This document shows, one piece after another, positions 57,799 to 64,000 of a stretch of 64,000 nt of DNA. Positions within the stretch are counted from its first letter, which is position 1; each line of letters opens with the position of its first letter. A model generated the notes under the pieces. It was not told where the DNA came from. It saw only the letters and a list, made by a program, of their open reading frames with translations, and ran no database searches. The translations under genes and the position numbers were made by a program. Source of the DNA: Bacilli bacterium (lineage in GTDB: Bacteria > Bacillota_I > Bacilli_A > RFN20 > CAG-826); NCBI GenBank assembly GCA_045117995.1, contig JBGUOH010000001.1, positions 746 through 64,745 of the forward strand, written 5' to 3'.

Positions 57799-58937
57799 TG
57801 AATAATGATCGCCCAGTCTTCACCGTCAGCGATATTAACCAATACATCAAAGCCGTCCTCAGTAATGATGAGAATTTAAAGCTCATCTACGTGAAAGGCG
57901 AAATCTCTAATTTTAAAATGGCAAGCAATGGTCATTTTTATTTTTCCTTAAAGGACGATAAGTCATTAATTGGCGCAATGATGTTTTCAAACTACGCTTC
58001 TAAATGCAATTTCAAGCCAGAAAACGGGCAAGAAGTCGTGGTCTTTGGTTCTATTGATGCTTATCCAGGTAGAGGCACATATCAAATCATCGTCTACCAA
58101 ATGGAAGAAGTGGGAGCAGGCGCTCAACTCTTGGAATTAGAAAAGCTTAAAAAGAAACTCCTAGAAGAGGGTTTATTCGACGAATCTAGGAAAAGAAAGA
58201 TAAATCTTTATCCAACCGCCATTGGTGTCATCACAGCCCCTAATAGCGCCGCTATTAAGGACATTTTGTTTAATCTTAAGCGCAGATATCCAATCGCGGA
58301 CATTTACGTCTTCTATAGCGCTGTTCAAGGGGAAAACGCCCCTAAAGAATTACTCAGAGCCTTTGAATTAAGCCAAACTTATCCTTTGGATACATTACTC
58401 ATTGGTCGTGGAGGCGGCGCTAGCGAGGATTTAAGCGCTTTTAACGACGAGAAACTCGTCAGAGCGATTGCTAATAGTAAGATGCCTGTTATCGCCTGTG
58501 TAGGCCACGAAATCGATTCTACCTTAGTAGACTTTGTCGCTGATAAACGTGCTAGTACACCAACAGGAGCAGCAGAGTTAGCCACAATCGATCGTAGAGA
58601 GATAGAAGAAAAGTTATCCTTCTCCTTACAGGATATGGAAGAAAGCCTGAAACAAAGAATTCAAGGCATGAAAGATGATTTATCTTCTAATAAAGAAGAT
58701 TTAGACTTAGAGATTCGTCAATTAGTGACCCATTATAGCCAACTCTTAAGCCAAAAGAAAGCCACATTAGAGGCTCTTAATCCAAATAACGTTATCAAGC
58801 GTGGCTTCTCTTTAACCGTAGACGAAGAAGGAAAACCAGTTAGTGATATCAAAGCAGTGAAAAAAGGTCAAAAGATTAAAACCATCTTAAAAGATGGCGT
58901 TATCAATAGTGAAGTCATAAATACGGAGGAAAGATAG
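57798..58937 (+). CDS. xseA: Exodeoxyribonuclease VII large subunit
   Basis: 379 aa. N-terminal OB fold (GEISNFKMASNGHFYFSLKD). Catalytic region GRGGGASEDL. Start overlaps the nusB stop. Confidence 0.85.
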   Translation: MNNDRPVFTVSDINQYIKAVLSNDENLKLIYVKGEISNFKMASNGHFYFSLKDDKSLIGAMMFSNYASKCNFKPENGQEVVVFGSIDAYPGRGTYQIIVYQMEEVGAGAQLLELEKLKKKLLEEGLFDESRKRKINLYPTAIGVITAPNSAAIKDILFNLKRRYPIADIYVFYSAVQGENAPKELLRAFELSQTYPLDTLLIGRGGGASEDLSAFNDEKLVRAIANSKMPVIACVGHEIDSTLVDFVADKRASTPTGAAELATIDRREIEEKLSFSLQDMEESLKQRIQGMKDDLSSNKEDLDLEIRQLVTHYSQLLSQKKATLEALNPNNVIKRGFSLTVDEEGKPVSDIKAVKKGQKIKTILKDGVINSEVINTEER

Positions 58938-58938
58938 T

Positions 58939-59130
58939 ATGGAAGAGAAATTTGATTTTGAAAAAGAGATGAAAAGATTAGATGAAATCGTCGCTAATAT
59001 CTCGTCAGAAAAACTCCCATTAGATGAATGCTTAGCTCTCTATAAAGAAGGTCAAGAGATCGTCAAAAAGTTAGAAAAAGCCCTCAAAGAAGCCGAAGAA
59101 AAGGTCGAAAAAGTCATTGAAAGCAAATAA
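58939..59130 (+). CDS. xseB: Exodeoxyribonuclease VII small subunit
   Basis: 63 aa helical protein immediately after xseA (LDEIVANISSEKLPLDECLALYKEG). Confidence 0.8.
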   Translation: MEEKFDFEKEMKRLDEIVANISSEKLPLDECLALYKEGQEIVKKLEKALKEAEEKVEKVIESK

Positions 59131-59189
59131 ATCTATTAGTGGTTTATTAGTTTTTAATTAGTAGTTATAATACTTAGTATTAGAAATAT

Positions 59190-59216
59190 TATCCTGTGAA
59201 AGCAGGATTTTATTTT
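59190..59216 (+). terminator. Rho-independent terminator after xseB
   Basis: ATCCTG-tgaaag-CAGGAT followed by TTTTATTTT. Confidence 0.6.
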
Positions 59217-59230
59217 GCTTATTATTTTAG

Positions 59231-59259
59231 TTAACATAATCCTTATACGCGTATATAAT
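59231..59259 (+). promoter_or_regulatory. Sigma-70-like promoter of dinB (TTAACA-N17-TATAAT)
   Basis: TTAACA at 59231-59236, a 17-nt spacer, TATAAT at 59254-59259. Embedded in a 15-mer (TTTAGTTAACATAAT) that recurs at 63466. Confidence 0.45.
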
Positions 59260-59265
59260 GTAGGT

Positions 59266-60453
59266 ATGAGCAAGGTTATCGTCCATATTGACTTGAATGC
59301 ATTTTTTGCTAGATGCGAAGAAATCAAAGATCCGTCCTTAGAGAATAAGCCTGTCGCGATTGGACACGATGGTAGAGGCGGGATTGTTTCTACGTGTTCA
59401 TATGCAGCGCGCAAATACGGCGTCTCAAGTGCGATGCCAATGTTTAAGGCGAGACAGCTTTGTCCAAACCTTATCATCATTCCTGGTGATTATCATTACT
59501 ACTCAGCGACGAGTAAGAAGTTTTTTAACTTTGTTAGAAGATATACAAAACTAGTGGAACCAGCTTCTGTAGATGAATGCTTCGCAGACTTTACTGACGC
59601 AGTCAAAGGACAAAGTGATGTCATTGCTTTCTTTAGACAGTTACAAGATGATTTATTTAAAGAAACTGGACTTAAATGCTCTATCGGTGTTTCCACAACT
59701 CGTTTCTTAGCGAAGATGGCTAGTGACTATCAAAAACCAATGGGTCTAACCATTATTCATAAAAGAGATATAGAGAGTATTTTGTTTCCACTAAAAGTGG
59801 ATTCAATGTTTGGTGTCGGTAAAAGAACCGCTCCTAGATTAAAGAGCGTTGGTATCAAGACTATCGGTGACCTATATAGAAAGCTCGAAGTGGATGATGA
59901 AGAAGTCAAAAACATCTGTGGCAAATTCTTCTATACACTCAAAGAGTGGCTGGAAGGTAAAGGGTCTGATGAAATTGAAATTGAGAAATGGGATCCTAAA
60001 TCAATTGGTAATTCCACAACATTGCCTTATGACACTGATAACGCTACAGAGATTAAGAAATACTTCTTATCTTTAGCCAAAGAAGTATCCGAAAGAGCGC
60101 AAAGAGAAGATAAACTTGGTCACACAATTCAAATCGTGGTCAAAGACCAAACCTTTAAATCTTTTAATAAATCTATGACTTTAGATAATCCAACTAATAA
60201 GTGGCAAGTCATCTATGATGGTGCCTGTGCCTTATACGATAAGAATTTCACACATCTGACCCTTAGACTTGTGGGAATCACACTCCAAAACCTTATCGAC
60301 TACACCGATATGGCGGTGCAAATGTCCCTTTTCGACTATTCTAAGCACGAAGAGGAAAGCAAAACTAAATTACTCATTAATGAACTAAATCGTTCTTTAA
60401 AGAAGCCATTATTGAAAAGAGCAAGTGAGGTGAAGAAAAATGGAAATCGTTGA
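59266..60453 (+). CDS. dinB: DNA polymerase IV (Y-family)
   Basis: Start at ATG 59266 (MSKVIVHIDLNAFFA...). Catalytic DxD...SxDE region (HIDLNAFFA; SVDECFAD). Little-finger domain. Confidence 0.85.
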   Translation: MSKVIVHIDLNAFFARCEEIKDPSLENKPVAIGHDGRGGIVSTCSYAARKYGVSSAMPMFKARQLCPNLIIIPGDYHYYSATSKKFFNFVRRYTKLVEPASVDECFADFTDAVKGQSDVIAFFRQLQDDLFKETGLKCSIGVSTTRFLAKMASDYQKPMGLTIIHKRDIESILFPLKVDSMFGVGKRTAPRLKSVGIKTIGDLYRKLEVDDEEVKNICGKFFYTLKEWLEGKGSDEIEIEKWDPKSIGNSTTLPYDTDNATEIKKYFLSLAKEVSERAQREDKLGHTIQIVVKDQTFKSFNKSMTLDNPTNKWQVIYDGACALYDKNFTHLTLRLVGITLQNLIDYTDMAVQMSLFDYSKHEEESKTKLLINELNRSLKKPLLKRASEVKKNGNR

Positions 60454-61315
60454 TGCGATTGATTTGTTTCATCAATACGTTCTCGTAGAGAAAGGTCTTT
60501 CTCCTCAAACTTGGATCTCTTATTTAGAAGACTTACAAGCTTTCTTTAATTACTTTAATGATAAGAAAGACACTGATGACTTATTAGAAACTGATTTATA
60601 TGAATTCTTAAAGTTCGAACTCTCTTTAGGTAAGTCAGTCTCAACCGCGTTAAGAAGACTATCTTCCACGAGAAGCTTTTATCTTTTTCTAAAGAAAGAA
60701 GGTCATTATTTAGGAAATATTCCTGATATTGAAACACCTAAAAAGCCAAAACATCTCCCTAACTGCTTAAGCGAAGAAGAGATTGATCGTTTATTAGAAG
60801 CTCCTGATATGGAATCACCTTCTGGCATTAGAGATAGAGCGATGCTTGAAACAATGTATGCGTCAGGATTACGTGTTAGCGAATTATTAAATCTTAAAAA
60901 AGGACAAGTTAATCTTACCAAAGGCATCATTACCGTTTTTGGTAAGGGCGCTAAAGAAAGAAAAGTACCTATCGCTGAGTATGCAGTTGATTTCATTAGG
61001 AAATATATCAACGAAGTCAGAAACAAAAGCGAACATAAAAGTAGTGAATTTCTATTTTTAAATAGAAGTGGCGAACCACTGAGCCGAATTTACTTCTTTA
61101 AACAGGTGCGTAAGTATGCAGAATTAGCGGGTATTGATATGACCATCTCTCCACATACTTTAAGACACTCTTTTGCCACACATCTCCTTAACCATGGAGC
61201 GCAACTTAGAATGGTCCAAGGCATGCTCGGGCACACGAATATTGCCACCACACAAATATATACGCATGTTTCTAGCGAGAAACTTAAATCAGATTATGAT
61301 AAGATAATGAAGTGA
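60440..61315 (+). CDS. xerC: Tyrosine recombinase XerC/XerD family
   Basis: 291 aa. Catalytic R...H-R-H...Y constellation (LRHSFATHLL; LGH; IYTHV). Overlaps the dinB end by 14 nt. Confidence 0.8.
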   Translation: MEIVDAIDLFHQYVLVEKGLSPQTWISYLEDLQAFFNYFNDKKDTDDLLETDLYEFLKFELSLGKSVSTALRRLSSTRSFYLFLKKEGHYLGNIPDIETPKKPKHLPNCLSEEEIDRLLEAPDMESPSGIRDRAMLETMYASGLRVSELLNLKKGQVNLTKGIITVFGKGAKERKVPIAEYAVDFIRKYINEVRNKSEHKSSEFLFLNRSGEPLSRIYFFKQVRKYAELAGIDMTISPHTLRHSFATHLLNHGAQLRMVQGMLGHTNIATTQIYTHVSSEKLKSDYDKIMK

Positions 61316-61324
61316 GGAATTCAT

Positions 61325-62527
61325 ATGAATAATTACAAATATAAAAGAATATTTGTCATCGTTGTCGATTCCATGGGAAGCGGTTACTTAGATGACGCAG
61401 ATAAGTTTGGTGATAAAGGTTCTAATACTTTATTACACATTGGTGAAAAAATGCCTAATGGATTAAACGTTCCTAATTTAAATAAATTAGGTATGGGCGA
61501 CCTAGATCCTATTAGAGGTACAAGCAAGGTGGCTCACCCAAATTCTTATGTTTCTAAAGCTAGAGAAGTAAGTAATGGTAAAGACACCATGACAGGTCAC
61601 TGGGAAATTATGGGTATTAATACTCAAGTCCCATTCCAAACATTTACCGATACAGGCTTTCCAAAGGAACTTATCGATGAATTAGAAAAAAGAACTGGTC
61701 ACAAGGTGATTGGTAACAAAGCCGCTTCTGGCACCGAAATCTTAGTGGAACTTGGTGAAGAACAATGTCGAGACAATTCTTTAATCGTCTATACATCTAG
61801 CGACTCTGTTTTACAAATTGCCGCTCACGAAGAAGTGACTGGCTTACAAGAACTCTATAGATGCTGCGACATTGCTAGAGAAATCTGCATGAAACCAGAA
61901 TGGATGGTGGGAAGAATTATCGCTCGTCCATATATTGGCACTGATAAAACCAACTTTAAGCGTGTGACAGGCCATAGACACGACATTGCTTTAAAGCCAA
62001 CCGCTCCAACAGTGATGAATGTTTTGCAAGATAACGGCTTCATGACTAGCTGTGTTGGTAAGATTGGTGACATTTTTGACATGTATGGCGTCGTTAAGAC
62101 ACAAAAGACAGTCTCTAACGAGGACGGCATGGATAAGACCATAGAAGAGGCTAAAAACCATGATTTCACCGGTCTCTGCTTCGTCAACTTAGTGGAATTT
62201 GATAGTGATTATGGTCATAGACGTGATCCAATTGGTTATGGCCAATGCATTGAAAGATTCGATAAGAGAGTGGGGGAACTCCTTCCTTTCTTAAAAGAAG
62301 ATGACTTATTAATCATCACCGCAGACCATGGTAATGACCCAACTTGGACTGGTACAGACCACACAAGAGAAAAGATTCCTCTTCTTATTTATAGTAAGAG
62401 TCTCAAAAATGGTGGATATTACCCAGAAAGAATGTCATTTGGTGACATCGGGGCTACTATTCTTAAGAACTTCAACATTAAGAAGCCAGAACACCTATTG
62501 GGTTTCCCAATAGAAGAGTTATTCTAA
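61325..62527 (+). CDS. deoB: Phosphopentomutase
   Basis: 400 aa. N-terminal KRIFVIVVDSMG and C-terminal DHGND metal-binding motifs of the alkaline-phosphatase-like DeoB family. Confidence 0.85.
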   Translation: MNNYKYKRIFVIVVDSMGSGYLDDADKFGDKGSNTLLHIGEKMPNGLNVPNLNKLGMGDLDPIRGTSKVAHPNSYVSKAREVSNGKDTMTGHWEIMGINTQVPFQTFTDTGFPKELIDELEKRTGHKVIGNKAASGTEILVELGEEQCRDNSLIVYTSSDSVLQIAAHEEVTGLQELYRCCDIAREICMKPEWMVGRIIARPYIGTDKTNFKRVTGHRHDIALKPTAPTVMNVLQDNGFMTSCVGKIGDIFDMYGVVKTQKTVSNEDGMDKTIEEAKNHDFTGLCFVNLVEFDSDYGHRRDPIGYGQCIERFDKRVGELLPFLKEDDLLIITADHGNDPTWTGTDHTREKIPLLIYSKSLKNGGYYPERMSFGDIGATILKNFNIKKPEHLLGFPIEELF

Positions 62528-62553
62528 TATACATTAGAAAAAATGTGAAAAAA

Positions 62554-62580
62554 GGGCCTAAGTATTAGGTTCTTTTTTCA
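62554..62580 (+). terminator. Putative rho-independent terminator after deoB
   Basis: GGGCCTAA-gta-TTAGGTTC hairpin (two G-U pairs) followed by TTTTTT. Confidence 0.45.
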
Positions 62581-62677
62581 TTTATTTAGGTACTTTATTT
62601 TCTCTACGCACAGGCGTATGCTCTTGTATTTGTGTGCGCATTGTACACGCCATATAAAATTACAAAGGAGGAGTATT

Positions 62678-63331
62678 ATGGCAGAAAACAAAACACAAAA
62701 TATAAACGTCGAAAAGAAAGGTTTTGATAACAAAGAAGAAAGATGCATCGAAACTTACGAGGTCAGAAAAGAGTTAAGATTCAGAAAGAGAGAAGTTGAA
62801 TTAGAACAACGTTACCTCAAAGGTGAAGAATTGCTTAATATGCAGGATTATATCAACAAGCATATTTATCTTTACCGCAATTTTGAGCCGACATTCGAAG
62901 CAAAAGCTGGTGAAATCTACTTCGCAGACTTCCCAGTGGGCTTTGGAAACGAAATTCACGGAAGACATCCAGTCATCGTTTTGAACAATTCAGGCGCTAA
63001 GCAACAAATTATGACAGTCATTCCTTTGACAAGTAAGTCTTGCAATAAAGTAAGCGACGTTGACCTCGGCATCATTAAGGGCTTGTCTAAAAACGGTCAA
63101 CACTCAATCGCGGTTATCAACCAAACAAGATCAATTGATAAAAGAAGACTCGTCATCGAACAAGTCATTGACGTTCTTCAAAGTAGAGAAAACGAAAATC
63201 CAAGCAAACCTGGTCAAGAAATCAGATTAGATTCAATAAAGATATGTAGGTTGCATGAAGATATAATGACTATAATCAGAAATAAAGTCAAAAGATTCGT
63301 CGGTTACAACAAGATAACGAATAAGAAATAA
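62678..63331 (+). CDS. MazF/PemK-like toxin-fold protein with ~95-aa N-terminal and ~40-aa C-terminal extensions (orphan)
   Basis: Start taken at ATG 62678, after an AAAGGAGG SD; the track ORF starts further upstream. The core GEIYFADFPVGFGNEIHGRHPVIVLNN...IMTVIPLTSK...VINQTRSIDKRRLV aligns to MazF G-LIWVDF...GSEQAGHRPAVVLS...CVPCTTQ...ADQVKSIAWRAR. Confidence 0.65.
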   Translation: MAENKTQNINVEKKGFDNKEERCIETYEVRKELRFRKREVELEQRYLKGEELLNMQDYINKHIYLYRNFEPTFEAKAGEIYFADFPVGFGNEIHGRHPVIVLNNSGAKQQIMTVIPLTSKSCNKVSDVDLGIIKGLSKNGQHSIAVINQTRSIDKRRLVIEQVIDVLQSRENENPSKPGQEIRLDSIKICRLHEDIMTIIRNKVKRFVGYNKITNKK

Positions 63332-63516
63332 TGATTAGTAGTTTTCTAGTAGTTTAGAATTCTACCAAATTTGTGTATAAATATAAGGCAGTTCTCACGC
63401 AGATGATTAAATTTGTTTAAGAACTGTCTTTTCTTTTACTATGTAATATTGTTCTTTTTATAGTATTTAGTTAACATAATGGCAATTATGCGAAGTAGAT
63501 ATAAAAGAGGAAATTG

Positions 63517-63663
63517 ATGTGGATATTGTGGAAAAGTCAGTTTATCCACACTCGGCACTATTCACAGATCATCTATCTAAAATTAGCGGTTTTCCTAATT
63601 GCCTATTTTACGTATTTTCGAGGATTTCTCACTCAATTGTATGTTAAGACAAGACAAAAATAA
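63517..63663 (+). CDS. Candidate 48-aa small hydrophobic protein
   Basis: ATG 63517 lies 6 nt after an AAAGAGG SD. It encodes MWILWKSQFIHTRHYSQIIYLKLAVFLIAYFTYFRGFLTQLYVKTRQK and stops 1 nt before a terminator hairpin. Confidence 0.3.
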   Translation: MWILWKSQFIHTRHYSQIIYLKLAVFLIAYFTYFRGFLTQLYVKTRQK

Positions 63664-63682
63664 AGGCCTCATTTCTGAGACC
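63655..63682. terminator. Bidirectional terminator hairpin (serves the minus-strand yqeK-like gene and the small + ORF)
   Basis: GGCCTCA-tttc-TGAGACC (one mismatch). Flanked by an A-run on the + side, which reads as a T-run on the - strand just after the minus-strand gene's stop at 63709. Confidence 0.45.
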
Positions 63683-63708
63683 TAATAGTTCGTGATTTTG
63701 TGTTGATT

Positions 63709-64000
63709 TTAGAGGTTCAAATAGTACGCGAAACAGTCTGCGGTGAACCTGTTATCCACCATTTTATCCTTGCTTATGAGGAAGTCTCTATTAGCTTTAA
63801 GGACGGTGATAAATCCCTTTTCAAAATCGTCATACATAGCCTTGATAAGGTCGCTTGAGTCGTATGGACGAGTTGGTTCAATCTTATCTGAGACGAAAAC
63901 CAGCTTCTCTAACCAGCCCATTTTCTTCCTTCCGGTCGTATGATACTTGATCGCATCTAAGATTTCAGGGTCAGCAACGCCAAATTTGTCACGGGCCACC
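63709..64000 (-). CDS. yqeK: HD-domain hydrolase, YqeK-like (C-terminal part; N-terminus beyond the window end)
   Basis: The C-terminal 96 aa include ...LDAIKYHTTG..., a motif conserved in YqeK-type HD phosphohydrolases. Confidence 0.5.
   Translation of the reverse strand, partial: VARDKFGVADPEILDAIKYHTTGRKKMGWLEKLVFVSDKIEPTRPYDSSDLIKAMYDDFEKGFITVLKANRDFLISKDKMVDNRFTADCFAYYLNL

Noticed and set aside
59226-59260. LexA/Cheo SOS box at dinB
   Set aside because: No GAAC-N4-GTTC or CTGT-N8-ACAG type operator is present. GTTAAC is only a 6-bp palindrome inside the -35 region.
420-62187. Numerous 60-200-aa minus-strand ORFs in the track lying inside the large + strand genes (e.g. 420-824, 12469-12936, 50930-51526, 43154-43438)
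   Set aside because: All are fully embedded antisense to genes whose products carry clear family motifs. They have no SD, are mostly low-complexity, and are typical shadow ORFs.
1-64000. CRISPR array, transposase/IS element, phage integrase or other mobile-element hallmark
   Set aside because: No regularly spaced direct repeats, no DDE/serine recombinase-like ORFs. The only tyrosine recombinase (60440-61315) has the XerC/D chromosomal-dimer-resolution signature and sits in a housekeeping context.

Overview
This 64-kb window looks like a low-GC, wall-less-type genome that uses the standard code (UGA is a stop; TGG encodes Trp). The best fit is an Acholeplasma-like Mollicute or a close low-GC Firmicute. 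Genes are densely packed and almost all on the + strand. Most of the window is conserved housekeeping with Bacillus-like local synteny. DNA repair and replication: a partial rnhC, mutS2, uvrC, ruvAB, recJ-like, xseAB, dinB, a xer recombinase and rarA. Translation and protein quality control: tig, lon, engB, a T-box leader plus valS, the rplU-prp-rpmA-obg group, hisS, aspS and relA. Others: nadE, secDF, tkt, asp23-nusB, deoB, a heterodimeric ABC exporter and one tRNA-Arg(TCT). Two regions look accessory. (1) Directly after the tRNA-Arg, positions 4.6-16.9 kb hold five tandem, divergent lipoprotein paralogs that share a conserved DxNxDGYRD-F/L-C calcium-loop-like block. Some of their intergenic DNA is also paralogous, and one 20-nt block is identical between two paralogs. 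They are followed by a MacB/FtsX-type fused ABC ATPase-permease and a lipoprotein carrying a Cys-based (CX5R, DRTG) tyrosine-phosphatase-like motif. (2) Positions 17.3-24.9 kb hold a DUF2974-like alpha/beta hydrolase, a translationally coupled pair of RimK-family ATP-grasp ligases, small membrane proteins coupled to MscS, and the only minus-strand block in the window (hemolysin-III, a GAF-type free-Met-R-sulfoxide reductase and a membrane GGDEF cyclase). Near the 3' end is an orphan MazF/PemK-like toxin-domain protein with long N- and C-terminal extensions and no recognisable antitoxin. Beside it is a GC-rich palindromic patch and a well-signalled 48-codon ORF. No CRISPR array, transposase or phage integrase was seen. 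Every assignment rests on motif recognition by eye and gene-order knowledge; no database search was possible.
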